Positions 27,395 through 40,693 are shown, counted from the stretch's first letter. The stretch is 64,000 nt of DNA from Eledone cirrhosa (GCA_964016885.1 OZ024742.1:59644001-59708000), one strand, 5' to 3'. Translations and numbers: made by a program. Notes: generated by a model not told the origin, from the letters alone.

Positions 27395-27462
<68 letters not shown>

Positions 27463-27550
27463 ATCTCAATAGCCATTTGACACACATCGCTGCTAACCAT
27501 TATCACAACATCGAACACCTTACTACTACTACTACACACACACACACACA

Positions 27551-27607
<57 letters not shown>

Positions 27608-28106
27608 TTGTTGTGAAAGAGTCATTTCTCAATCTTGGCGCAAAACCAATTTTTTTATTCACATGACCTCTACCGACCAATCAAAATTGTTTTGACCACA
27701 AGAATTGTTGCTGGAGCCACGTTTTAACATAAAAACAGTCTTGGCGCAAAATCAATTTTTTACACTCACCGACCAATCAAAACTGTTTTGACCACAAGAA
27801 ATTTTGCAACACCAAAGTAACGCTGGAGCCACTTTTTTAACATAAAAACAGGTAGAATTCCCAAAACTAATCAGATCAGAGCAAACAGCACGGACACTCT
27901 ATCTCAAAATTATTTTTGAAAAGCATTTAGAAATGCGCAACCGGTAAAAACTTAAAAACTTAAAACCACAACTGAATACTAACCCATACAATCACTAATA
28001 CTCTTTTATTCCTAATTAAACCATTTTTCAACTGTGAACAATTTGTCAGCATTTTCTATTCCGTTTACCAATATATAATAACTTGTGTGTTACACCTCTA
28101 TTCTTT

Positions 28107-28110
<4 letters not shown>
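26441..28110 (+). mobile_element. 5'-truncated Neptune-type PLE: inverted pseudo-LTR, GIY-YIG C-terminus and long 3' UTR
   Basis: SGCREQYIGQTKNSLRQRMTVHRSQIK..PLSEH (26527-26790) is close to the EN at 3250-3500. 26441-26526 is the inverse of 27990-28077. Confidence 0.85.
27913..27949 (+). ncRNA. Variant minimal HHR (U3-A8 core, GAAA changed to GCAA)
   Basis: ttt-TTGAAAA-gcattt-ag-aaatgc-GCAA-ccgg-TA-aaa in the PLE 3' UTR. Confidence 0.5.
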
Positions 28111-28200
<90 letters not shown>

Positions 28201-28399
28201 TGCTAGAACAGCATATATTTGAAAGTTTTCAGGGAGTTGAATTACTGATTTTGGATCGGCAGCTTTAGCTTTGAAAAAATGAAATGTGCAGTGTAAACAT
28301 TTTTTATTATTCCTCCGGGGATGAATCTTCTCTGCATTTTTCCATCTCTTTCTTTCTCTCTGGAAGAAATCAGCCGTAGTAAGTCCTAAAAAAATGGTT

Positions 28400-28526
28400 A
28401 GATACACCATGACGCACCGTGCATCACGGTGGAGTTGAAAAGCAGACTCAGAACATGGCGTTGTGTGGGGTGGCTCGCAGCCCAATGTTCCAGGGGGAGA
28501 AGAAGAAGAAGAAGAAGAAGAAGAAG

Positions 28527-28556
<30 letters not shown>
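28400..28556 (+). mobile_element. Probable RTE-type 3' terminus with (GAA)n tail
   Basis: cagaaca..tgg....gcagcccaatgttcc followed by a pure (GAA)n run. Confidence 0.35.
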
Positions 28557-28557
<1 letters not shown>

Positions 28558-28890
28558 GAGCTGGAGTCCTATCAAATATGTAGGTTGTGTCTTAAATTGA
28601 AGGTTTAGTAGAAACAATTAATGTATAGTTTTGTACTTTTCTTTTTGTCATTCATATATAAACATATCTACTATATAAATTGGAAGTGGTTAGACGTTGT
28701 ATATGTAGGTGTATTCGGATAAACGTCGAAACGACTTGGTGGAATGCAGCGAAAATTTCCCGCACCGGAGTTTAAGAATGATGTAAATAAAATTGAAAAC
28801 GAAAATGACAGAGGTTATTAAAATAGTAAAAGTAAATAGTGAAGATTTAGACCCCGACGGATATACACATACATACGCACACACACATAA

Positions 28891-28998
<108 letters not shown>

Positions 28999-28999
28999 G

Positions 29000-29450
29000 C
29001 GCGTATGTATAAAACTTATGCATTTCTACAGTATTTTCACCAAACTTAAGACATAGGTTACTTATGTACTCCGAATGGTCATGGGCACTGTCATTTTTCC
29101 AGATATTGATTATAGGGCCCCCCGGAAGATAACCCCTTCAACCACTTTAACCACTTCCTTGGAGTCGACTGAAGCACTGCAGTGCAATGCAACAAAACGT
29201 CATAACTTCTGGAGTTCGCAACCGATTTTCACATAACTTGACACGTGGGCTACGTTTGTCCTACCGATGAGATCTGAAGTCTCAGAATTGGCACATATTG
29301 GGTAGGGGACCCATGGGGGCAGGAACCCCCTTTTGGAAAAAGCTATTGATTTTGTAAAAGTATAGTTTTCGAAGCAGCACTGAAGTATTGACATAAATGG
29401 TATACACAATTGCTATTTAATATCCGAGCAACGCCGGGTACCTCTGCTAG
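29000..29450 (+). mobile_element. Non-autonomous Helitron 3' part
   Basis: Terminal hairpin ccgagcaacgccggg then CTAG|T, same as at 50269 and 57548. Confidence 0.65.
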
Positions 29451-32400
29451 TATATATATATATAGAGAGAGAGACAGAGAGAAACCAAAGAAAAAGATAG
29501 AATATGGTTCTTATCTCATTTAATGCCTTACAATTGTTTCGGTTTTGCCACTGTTCATTCCAAATAAAGTTATACTTTTAACCTTGCTATATATATAATT
29601 AGTTACAACAAGGACGTGTACAGGTATTTAACTTTCGTTGGATTATACATCCCAATTCATTCAGACTGTTATATAAAATAAAAAGGGTTATCTCCATAGA
29701 TTATTTTGAATTTTTTAGACAATATCGAAGAGCTTTTCAAGATCAAATAATCTCGAATTTAGCTCTTAATAAGCAAATATTTTAGATAATGTAAAGGGAG
29801 GTAACTATCAAAAACTCTACAAGGGTGTTCTTATATGGAGCCAAATCATTCATTCAAAGAAATTAAAAGACATTAAATTCAGTTTATCAAGTGTATATTT
29901 TTTTCCTAGAATGAATTTCGCTTCATGGGGACAGCGACTAAAGCAGTCTAGGCTTGATTCAGGTTTACTTAAAACTCCGTTATACATATTTCACTGAGGA
30001 CTATCAGTTATGATAGCTTGAGCTCCTCAGACGGCAAAACCTAAATTAAACATTGAAAGTTCCTAAAAAAACCTTTAAATTTGGAAAAATCCTATAATTT
30101 CCCCGAAAAAGTTTTTCTTTTCATGATACAAAAGAAAAGGTTATATTAAAGGGCATAGACATGTGGGAAAGAGATGATTATAATGAAAAAAAAAATTTAT
30201 GATGAAAAAATTAAAAAGTAAAGGGATAGCTGCCTGTATGTCTAAGCTGTAAACCAGAGTGTATAACGTAGATTTTGTATAGTTATAGTTTAACTGGTTC
30301 GTAATTGCTGGAAGGATGATAGCCGTAATCCTCGCTAGTTCCCCGTTTGATCATGGATTACATCCAGGTGTCCGATTTCTCGCCTTCCGAAGTCTCAAGC
30401 ACTCGATGAACGGGAAGTCAGAGTGAAATCTTACGATATACAAAAGGAATGTCCGGGAGGTGGCATAGGGGTAGGATCGTCCCCCACAGCCTGCGTCAAA
30501 TATCCGTGAAACCAATCAAGGTCTCCGGACTAACATGCCTGATCGGTACGGAGCTATTAGGTTGTTCCTTTACCAATTAAGTAGTGTAGGCCAAACTAAG
30601 GTAACTTAAAGTTATCGAAATCAGACACGCGAAGAAGGATTAGAGATACATTAAAATACAGTAAATTAGGTGTAAGCTGACTTAAGGTAACTTAAAGGAA
30701 ATAGCAGTGTGACACATGAGGATAAATAAGAGATAAATTAAAGTTAAAGATTGAGTTAATTAGGCGCACAGTCGTACAGTAGAAGAGAGAGAAAAACATA
30801 GGATGCACTAATATATATATATAATAAAGTAAAATGACACCGTATTTATTATTTTGTATTCCTATATCTTATATTTTTTTTATTTTTTACTCCCATGCCT
30901 ATCATTTTGTATATGCTTACTATTAGCTTTTTTTTTATAGACACTTTACTTATCCTTTACCTAAATTCTTTTACATTCTACGTCCATTCTACTTTCAATT
31001 AATTAAATTCTTTTCACGATCTGTTTCGCATATTTATCATTAACTATATCTATATTTATTCAATAAATTACCCTCCCTACCCCCTTGGGATACACTCGCT
31101 ATATAATATACGATAGCGTTTTATATTATAAGGATAGCCTGGTTTGAATGTATATATCTTACTTATGTTTATTGTGGTATAACATTGGATCACATCCAAT
31201 ATGAATCTAAGACTGACCGGCGTATGGAATCTAGGGGCAGCTAGGGATTATGTATAGGTTTTATTGTCTCATTAAATCCTGCGTTGCTTCAATTTTGATA
31301 CTTTTCGACTTTATCATTAACTTCACTAGTATGGATAATTAAGAATATATGGCATACGTTACGACACCGGCTGGCGGTGGAGACCCTCCTAACTACGCTC
31401 GGAGCGTTTGGGTCTGTCTACCCTCCTTGAGTGCTTGGAAAAAAATTAAATTTATCTTTTTTTCGGTATACCGTAGTACTCGGAACGGGTGGTGGGCCTT
31501 TGGTCCCTGGGTGTATTCGGGACCGCTATTTCAGTTGTTATTGGCCGTAATACCACGCTCCTTATATAGTATAGTGCGGGACTATTTCACGCTCGATAGG
31601 AATTTATCATTGAACTACGAGAGGAACCCAAAGCGGATAGTGACTTAGCTTAGCTTAACTAACATTATGTTATTTGTTTATTAGGTCTCTGATTTACACA
31701 ACTCTATAATTAGAATCATTAACGTAACTGGTCTTTCTAATTGGTGATTGCCTCGCATAAGGTACTTCACTGGCCAAAATCTTTAATTTTCAATTCCTAA
31801 AATTAACCTTAACTTTAAATTCTTAACAATTTTAACCATTAATTTTTTTTTTAAGCACTGAATTTTTTTCTTCTACTTGATATGTACCTAAATCGCCCTT
31901 CCACTGTATACTTTCGGTTGAAGTTTATAGAACTTAGCTTGACCAAAGCAGAATATCATTCACTGTTACTCGATATTCTCCACCCTCCACTTTTCTAGGC
32001 TGTGTCCAAAAGTTGTTAGAGTTGAGAGGTAGTATCAACTCACTCAATAAGCAGTACATCCTGCTTAGCAAACTAACAGGAAAGATCTGCTGAAGATAAT
32101 CCCTCAGGGACGGCAAGGCATAATAACAGGCTGCTATGATCGTCTCTGGGTCAAAAACAAAAGCACATTTTGTCTTCTCTGTTTTTTCTTTGCTTTTTTC
32201 CTTAAAGCCTCTTGGAATGTGTTTACCATCATTCCATTGGTATACAACTATTATGCAATTTACACCTGAGGATGTCACTGGTTCTTACACAACCTGGCCC
32301 CTGACATGTGCATAGTGTTTGCAGAAATATATAATTAAGGAAGTCCGACCTGTCATTTTATTTTATAATATATTTAATTCCGTTCCCGCACCACCAGCAT

Positions 32401-32474
32401 GATTCATCATCAATAATGGATGAGTTGCATAACGGCGAGTGCTTTTCTGATATTACGTGACGGTTAACGTAGCA

Positions 32475-32574
32475 GAATGACCAGTTCTACCCAGTGGTAA
32501 ACCACCAAATTGAAACATATATATATATATGTGTTTCAATTTGGTGGTTTACCACTGGGTAGAACTGGTCATTC
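32475..32574. repeat. Near-perfect palindrome with ~43 bp arms around a TA spacer
   Basis: gaatgaccagttctacccagtggtaaaccaccaaattgaaaca and its exact reverse complement. Confidence 0.92.
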
Positions 32575-32679
32575 ATATATATATATAGCAAGCAGTATGC
32601 GGATAGGGTGCACTCAACGAAGATGTAAGTTCCGGCGTTATAATATAAGTCAATTGCATGAACTCATAATCCTTTATTT

Positions 32680-32735
32680 ACTGCTATATATATTTCGATG
32701 ATAGCCATTGAATGGCTATGACCTCATCAGGCAGT
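32680..32735 (-). ncRNA. Type I HHR (TATATA stem III family)
   Basis: Reverse complement is identical to the motif at 43487-43542. Confidence 0.85.
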
Positions 32736-33504
32736 TAGTCAGTTCTTAGATATGCCAGCTCTGTGTTTATGGTGTTGATGGTATCAGAGCCTTGGGACAT
32801 ATGAGCTTGTTAGGAATAATTTAATGTTGTCAGCAGGAATAGTCTTAATTCTCATTGGTCAGTTTGTAGATGCTAGTAGGGTTGGTATTTGACCTCAAAG
32901 AGGCAGGTGGTGTTGTAAAGTTCAAACCGTCAGGCAAGATGACAATAGTTCCATTTGACTGATTTTCACAAAAAGGATTCCTGGTCAGATATATATTCAA
33001 TTGAGGTTAATAGTATGAAATAGATACTACAGTTCATTCTTAAATTTACGAATTTATGTGGAGTGGTATTACTGAAAATTATGGTTAGAGTAGAATACTA
33101 AAACATTTACAAATAAAAAGACTTATGTAGGTTGACTTGCACATACACTCACAACCACCTCCTCAGACACACACACACATCCACACATACAAATTGAGGA
33201 ATTAATGTGGGGTGGTAATACTGAAAATAATCTTTTCCTATATATATATATATATATAAATAATATATAAATAATATATAAATAATTGTTTCTACGTTAG
33301 GCACAAGGCCAGCAATTTTCCAGTGCATTACTGGTACTTTATTTTATCGACCCCGTAAGGATGAAAGGCAAAGTTAACCTCGGCGGGATTTGAACTCAGA
33401 ATGGCAAGGGCCGTAACTCTATATTTCCTTATCTAGGGCACAATCATTCTTATTACAAGCCACACTCAGATAACAATACACACACACATTATATATATAT
33501 ATAT

Positions 33505-34110
33505 AAAAACAATTCTTTTCGCTCTACATCGCTGAATACAATATATGTAATCTGAGTTTTTCGAATATTAATAATCATATTCGATTCGTTTGCAATTATG
33601 AAAACAAACCTCATTCTTAAAGCCATTTCATTAGAATGAGCCCCTCATTCTTGCTCTTGTGTTGGCAAGTAAACAGAACTGCAGACACTAATGTTTCTGG
33701 GTATTACCCTTCATCAGTACAGTTCACTGTCAGCTGCCAACTGTCAGAGCTAGTGAAAATATATGCTATTTTCTAAAATATACACTGACTGATCGGCCTG
33801 GTTTGTATATTAGCAGACTGGCTGATCAGTAAGATCTACATATTAGCAGATCCACCGAACAGACAGATTTGCATATCAGCAGACTGGCCAGTCAGTTTCC
33901 TGTATACGAGCAATCAATGGCTGGCTTTGCCATATTCAAATAAGAAAAAAAAATGTTTTCGCTCTACATGGCTGAATACAATAAATGTAATTCTGTTTGC
34001 ATGCGAACACAAGAGCAAAAATGAGGGGCTCATTCTACTGACATGGCTTTAAAATGAGATTTGTTTGCATAATTGCAAAGGAATCGAATATCATTAATTT
34101 TCGTTAACTC

Positions 34111-34115
<5 letters not shown>
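33505..34115. mobile_element. Rearranged PLE pseudo-LTR module (direct plus inverted duplication)
   Basis: ttttcgctctacat.gctgaatacaata duplicated directly. ~33550-33678 is inverted at ~33990-34115. TA-flanked. Confidence 0.7.
33676..33725 (-). ncRNA. Canonical-core type I HHR
   Basis: Minus strand: gaactgta-CTGATGA-a-ggg-taata-ccc-a-GAAA-ca-ttag-tg-TC-tgcagttc. 8-bp stem I and a GUC site. Confidence 0.88.
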
Positions 34116-34141
<26 letters not shown>

Positions 34142-34417
34142 GCGTGTGTGTCTATGTGCGCGTGTGTATTGTGTGTGTGCGTGCGTCCATGTTTTCTGTA
34201 TATAAGTTATTTGCTTATGTTCAGCAATGTAATTTGTCAAATGAAAATCGATAAATTAAGTGCAGGGCTGAATGTATTATTCATATATGTATAACTTTAA
34301 CATAATTCTTACCCACAATTAATATGGCACAATGTGTGAGAAGGCCACTGTTTTGATTTACAGATTTAACTCTCCTCCAAATGGGTGTCTATGCTATTCC
34401 ACTTGTGCTTCACCAGT

Positions 34418-34529
34418 AAAAAAGAAAAAAGAAAAAAGAAAAAAGAAAAAAGAAAAAAGAAAAAAGAAAAAAAGAAAAAAGAAAAAAGAAAAAAGAAAAA
34501 AGAAAAAAGAAAAAAGAAAAAAGAAAAAA
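34418..34529. repeat. (AAAAAAG)n simple repeat
   Basis: Direct reading. Confidence 0.95.
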
Positions 34530-35113
34530 ACTCAATACACAAAACTCTTGCTCACAGATTGCCACATTTGAATCGAACGTGGTTTCAAAGCGAACGCCAT
34601 CACCCCATAGCCATACTTTCACCTTTTATACCACTCTGAGCTTTTTTATCTTCTATTAATATCTCATATTTTAAATATTATCGGTTGGTAATTGATTCCT
34701 TATAGTTAAAAAAATCTATGGTTTTAACCTGACCATTTCCCTTCCTATGGATAATGTGTGCTTTGATCGATGGATAGCATCCATTTTAAGCATCGCCATT
34801 TTCTTTGTCTATAACAATAAATCGCTAGAGTTCTGGAGAATTCGTCGTATTTATAGCAAAGCAAACTTACATATATTGTCTCAGAATTTAGTATTAAGCT
34901 ACAATGCGTTTCTACCTCAATCCTTTAGGACGCTTAATGGTTGATGCTAAAAACGGTATTCTCTAAAAGGTATTGGTACACAGTAATAAAGAGCAAGAAT
35001 TTTCAGAGCTCTTTGATAAACTAGCCTCATATGTACATACATAAATAATACATACATATATGCATGCATAGCAACTTACATACACATACACACACACATT
35101 GATACATACATAC

Positions 35114-35148
<35 letters not shown>

Positions 35149-35500
35149 GAAGTATGTATGTATATGTGTATGTATCTGTTTGCAGGTGTGTATTTATAAC
35201 ATAGAAAGGGACATTCACAAAAATATCGGATTGTCTTTGATTCCGATTTTATGCGAAGCATCATCAAATCTATGTATAGTTGTACAGAAAGTAGTATAGG
35301 TTTCGGTTTATATACAGAACAAGCAAAATTGAAGGCTCTCCGTGGTTTCTTTGGATGGAAAACAGGTAATAAAATGCCACCAAATACTGCTATAAAACGG
35401 TTTGAGTAGGAAGAGCTTTCACACACACACACACACACGTGCGCACGCTTACACAGACGCACCCCCCCCACACATACATATATATATATATGTGTATTTA

Positions 35501-35535
<35 letters not shown>

Positions 35536-35672
35536 CAGAATGGAGGCGGTAAAAACCAGTTAGACTCACCGAGTACTCGAGACTTGGGGTAGTAGAGTGG
35601 GTAATATGAAAAGTTTAGGACCCCAACGACCGAGCTCAGCCATCGGGGTCCTGAATTTTTCATTATATGCGC

Positions 35673-35784
<112 letters not shown>

Positions 35785-35973
35785 GTGTAAAATGGTATGT
35801 TTGAAGGACAGTCAGGTATATTTTATCTGACTGTTCTCAAACTTACAATTTTATATAGCTCTGATTAATAATTATTTAGTTAATTAATTTTTTTATTTAG
35901 CCACACCGTGAAAGGTAGCCACACTCATATATGCATCAGTGACTATGTCTAAATATATACATATATATCCCTA

Positions 35974-36043
<70 letters not shown>

Positions 36044-36580
36044 CATACATACATATATATATATATTATTTTAATAAATATATATATATATATTTATATA
36101 TATATATATCGACAGTCGATCGACTTTCGTCAAATCGGACCAAGGGAACAATGTTTCCGTTCGTCTTTCCAATTGCTAACATTATCTATCGGTCGCAATT
36201 CCATGAAGGTGGAGCAACGGGAAACAAAGTGTCTTACTCAAGGACATAACGCATCGCACGGTCCATATATATATATATATATATTTGAAAAAAAGGAAAA
36301 GAATGACTTCACTTGTAGTGTTAAAAAATGTTTGATTTAATTTTATATTATGAGTTGGTATCCAGTAACTTCTTTGTTAACTTCGGTGGGAAGAATTTTA
36401 AAGATTCCTGGTGAACTTGGGTTGGAGAACTTTCTCGTATTCGTCTGTCTGTGGCGATTGTCAAACTGAGATCAGGTTGTATTGAAATGTGTGATTATAT
36501 ATGAGAGATATTTGAATGTGTCTGAGGTGTGGGGTGTGGTGTTAATGAGTGTTGATGATGAAGGTCCGGAGGAATTAAAG

Positions 36581-36614
<34 letters not shown>

Positions 36615-36621
36615 CACACAC

Positions 36622-36681
<60 letters not shown>

Positions 36682-36802
36682 GCACACACACACACACACA
36701 CGTACACACACATACACACACACATATATATACACTCCGAAAATGGTGAGGTTGCAAGATAAGTGTTGCAAAAATGTTTTATGATTTATATAAAGTATAT
36801 AA

Positions 36803-36850
36803 AATATTACCGGTTTCGATGAATTATTAAAATTCATCTTATCAAATATT
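36803..36850 (-). ncRNA. Variant minimal HHR with compensatory U3-A8 core
   Basis: Minus strand: aatat-TTGATAA-gatgaatt-ttaat-aattcatc-GAAA-ccgg-TA-atatt. Confidence 0.7.
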
Positions 36851-37209
36851 GAGTATTGAAATAACAAATTAAAATAATTAATAGGAATTAAAAACTAAAA
36901 ATTAAAGATTTAGAATTAAAATCAAATGCTGGAGTAAGCATTTTGCCCATCTTTCTTGCTCAAAATTTGGCTGGAGAATGAGTTCTTGTTAATAGAGAGG
37001 TGGTAGTGAAGATAGCAGCAGCTATTTTTCTTCACAGAACAAAGTTGTTTTTTGGGGGCAAGGGAAACATCCTGTAAATATGTGTGTGTATATCCGATTG
37101 TGTTAATTGACTGGTCAAAAGTTCAAAAGGGAATTGTAAGCTAGAGGTAAATTCTATGGCAGCAGCAGGATTGTAAGAGAAATTCTATTATTGGAATAGG
37201 GTTTTAGGG

Positions 37210-37243
<34 letters not shown>

Positions 37244-37509
37244 AACGGAAAAAATGAAACGAAATTTCATTTCCCACTCTTAGTACGGCTGTTACTTAAA
37301 TATAAGTATGTACACGTACATACATATATGTACACAGACGTACAGTAGTATGTATATATATATATACATACATGCACACATATATATATGTACGTATGGA
37401 TTCACCGAACATTTATTATAATGCTCGGTGTGTTTGTAAACAAACATCCCGTATTAAGCCGTAGTATCTAGCAACCATCGTTGCTCGTTTGTTCAACACT
37501 GACAAAGGT

Positions 37510-37552
37510 ACGCTGTACTAGTTTCAAGCTTATTAGCTATCGTCAGCAACGT
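37510..37552 (-). ncRNA. Minimal type I HHR (family R)
   Basis: Minus strand: acgttg-CTGACGA-tagctaataagctt-GAAA-ctag-TA-cagcgt. Stem I is extendable by aaggt/acctt. Confidence 0.85.
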
Positions 37553-37931
37553 ATACCTTCCTGCCAGATTGTTGAACGTATATACTTACCTTATGCATAT
37601 TAACGGCTGAGTAGCCCAATTTGCATATCGAGTGGGTTAATCGGCCGGGTGCACCGAAAACAATAAACGGAAAAAATGAAACGAAATTTCATTTCCCACT
37701 CTTAGTAGGGATGTTACTTAAATATAAGTATGTACACGTACATACATATATGTATACATACGTACAGTAGTATGTATATATATATACATACATGCACACA
37801 TATATATATATGTAGGTATGGATTCACCGAACATTTATTATAATGCTCGGTGTGTTTGTATACAAACATCCCGTATTAAGCCGTAGTGTCTAGCAACCAT
37901 CGTTGCTTGTTTGTTCAACACTGACAAAGGA

Positions 37932-37974
37932 ACGCTGTACTAGTTTCAAGCTTATTAGCCATCGTCAGCAACGT
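37932..37974 (-). ncRNA. Minimal type I HHR (family R)
   Basis: Second copy, 422 bp from the first. The stem II change keeps pairing as G-U. Confidence 0.85.
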
Positions 37975-39514
37975 ATACCTTCCTGCCAGATTGTTGAACG
38001 TATATACTTATCTTATGCATATTAACGGCCGAGTAGCCCAATTTGCATATCGAGTGGATTAATCGGCCGGGTGCACCGAAGACGATAAACGGAAAAAATG
38101 AAACGAAAATTCATTTCCACTCTTAGTACGGCTGTTACTTAAATATAAGTATGTATACGTACATACATATATGTATACAGACGTACAGTAGTATGTATAT
38201 ATATATACATACATGCACACATATATATATGTACGTATGGATTCACCGAACATTTATTATAATGCTCGGTGTGTTTGTAAACAAACAAGCTATAGGGACT
38301 TCTCCAGAACATGAAGACACCTCTCGGCCAGACCTCCCTCAAGCTATATGGGCAGTAACAACACCCTAGTTTGTGAACTCCCCTCAAGCCATAGGGAACA
38401 ACCCAGGCTGAGCCGACACCATGATAGCCTAGAGATTGAATCGGACACAGCCATTATATATTGGCCAACATCTATATAACACAAACACATTTTAATTTAC
38501 TTGATTTCTGATTTCCAATTTCCAATTTTAAATCTTGATTTCTCTTTATTAATTTGTTATTTGGTTTCTGTTCTCTTCACTGTATCACCTTATATTTATT
38601 TTTAAGTTGAGATTGATTATAACACAAACACATTTTGTTTGATTATCTTATTCTTTTATTATTTTAACATCTTTTCCTCATACCAATCTATCCAACATAT
38701 TTCTGACCTTGAGATTGGTTATAGCACACACACACTTTATCCTACTTTATTTGAATCTTCATTTTATTTTTCACTTCTCCATATTCATTTTCATTACTTT
38801 TTCACCAATTTTTCATTTATTCTTTATTCTCTATTTATTATTTATTTTCTGTTTTCTTCATTTATTGCCTTATATTTCTTCATATACATGGAAGAACCCC
38901 CCCCCCCCCCCCACCACACCACCACGGGAGATGGTGGCAGGAGGGATGAAGAAAAAACATACACAGATACTTCTAAATTGTCAGCAGCAACACTATCGAC
39001 AACACTACCGAAATAATGGTAGAGGTCAAATGTACTTAACAATAGCAAACACAAACACTACAGGGAGCCTCACCCCAGAAAGAATTTCTATAGACTTCTG
39101 ACTGAGGAATGCTCTCAAAACTGACCAATGGGAAGTTTGACATTTTGTTGTTATTTTGTTCCTTTACCACCTTGTTCCTTCTACCACTTTATCAATTTTT
39201 TAAGCTAACTCCAACAATAACAACACTACCAACAAAATAATTGAGGTCAGATGTACCTAACAATAACAAGAACAACAACTACAGATTGGCTTGCCTCAGA
39301 ACGAACTTCTATAGACTTTTGAATGAGGAATGTTCTAACAACTGACCAATGAGAGGAGAAGAGGCCCTTTGACACTGAAATTCGTTTGTTTGAATTCATA
39401 TGATTCCAGTTCCTCAGTGAAATAACAACTCAACCAGGAACTGGGCATATCAGAGTATTGACAAAATTATACACCTCAACAACATATGTACTTGTCTATA
39501 CCACACTAATTCGG

Positions 39515-39569
39515 ACTGCCTGAAGAGGTCACAGCCAAAGATGGCTGTCACCGAAATATATATAGCAGT
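39515..39569 (+). ncRNA. Type I HHR (TATATA stem III family)
   Basis: actgc-CTGAAGA-ggt-ca-cagcca-aaga-tggctg-tc-acc-GAAA-tatata-TA-gcagt-aataaa. Confidence 0.87.
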
Positions 39570-39680
39570 AATAAACGAAGCTAAATTTAAAACATTTTAC
39601 TTTTTATTTTACTTTATTTTATATAGTCCAGAATTAGCCGTCGAAACGGCTTGAGCTCAGCCGTCGGGGTCTTACTTGTT

Positions 39681-39741
<61 letters not shown>

Positions 39742-39903
39742 CAGTTTACGCCAGTATAAAAATTTAATCGTCGCACTACTATGACTTTTGGTCTATTTTT
39801 ACAATCTGTATATATATATACACACACACAGCCAGACAGATACACAAACTCACACATACACACACTCAACACACACACATATATATATATATGTGCTGCC
39901 CAC

Positions 39904-39937
<34 letters not shown>

Positions 39938-39938
<1 letters not shown>

Positions 39939-40557
39939 ACGTTGTGGAATCAAAAAGTTTCCGGACTAGTTCTGTAGCGCGTCAACAGTGGGCAGCACAC
40001 GGTTGCGCACGTAATTCGAGCTAGCAATAACTTACATATGATTGTGTGCCGAGTGATATTGCTGTGCTCACTTTGCAATTTGTTAAATTTGTGCTTTTGT
40101 GCCCCCTTGGCCAGACTGTCAATCGAGTGTTCTACTGCAAAGTTTTGAGGTGTTTTCAGCGAAAGCGGCCGGAGATGTTCAGCGCGAAGAATTGGATTCT
40201 GCACGACGAAAATGAACTCTGTCAGCGAACTCTCCTCACTCGTGAGTTTCTCACCAAATACAACATTGTATCGCTTCAACACTCGATTTAGCAACTGCTG
40301 ACTTTCCTCTTTACTCTAAGATGAAAATGCAGCTCAAACATCGCCGTTTTAACACTGATCCAGAGCGAATCGCAGAAAGTCTTAGACTCGGGTCCGGAAA
40401 ACGACTTCCATGCTGGATTCCAAATGTGGAATGCTGGGACCTGTGTATTGCTGCGCAAGGTGATTATATCGAAGGATATAATGTTAAATCTCAGGTAAAT
40501 ATATTATTTTTTAAAAAACATAACAAGTCCGGAAACATTTTGATACCATCCCGCATA
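39938..40557 (+). mobile_element. Internally deleted Tc1/mariner (mariner) transposon relic
   Basis: Imperfect ~30 bp TIRs (..tcaaaaagtttccggact / agtccggaaacattttga..), TA-flanked. Transposase remnants GQTVNRVFYCKVL, KRPEMF..NWILHDEN, WDLCIAAQGDYIEG. Confidence 0.85.
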
Positions 40558-40602
40558 TATATATATGTGTGTGTGTTTGTGTGCGTGACCTTTGGTTTTT
40601 AA

Positions 40603-40693
<91 letters not shown>

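Larger units (their letters stand above)
37243..38285 (-). repeat. Family R tandem array, ~2.5 copies of a 422 bp HHR-bearing unit
   Basis: aaacggaaaaaatgaaacg at 37243, 37665 and 38087 (period 422). No credible ORF. Confidence 0.92.

Noticed and set aside
29460-30045. CTGAGGA/TCCTCAG hairpin and distant GAAA-caattg-TA half motif
   Set aside because: Could not be assembled into one convincing HHR, so counted only as a half motif
31934-32278. 114-aa ORF of ordinary composition
   Set aside because: No recognisable domain or splice context. May be a decayed transposon fragment but cannot be supported
34332-34639. Lys/Arg-rich ORFs
   Set aside because: Translation of an (AAAAAAG)n repeat
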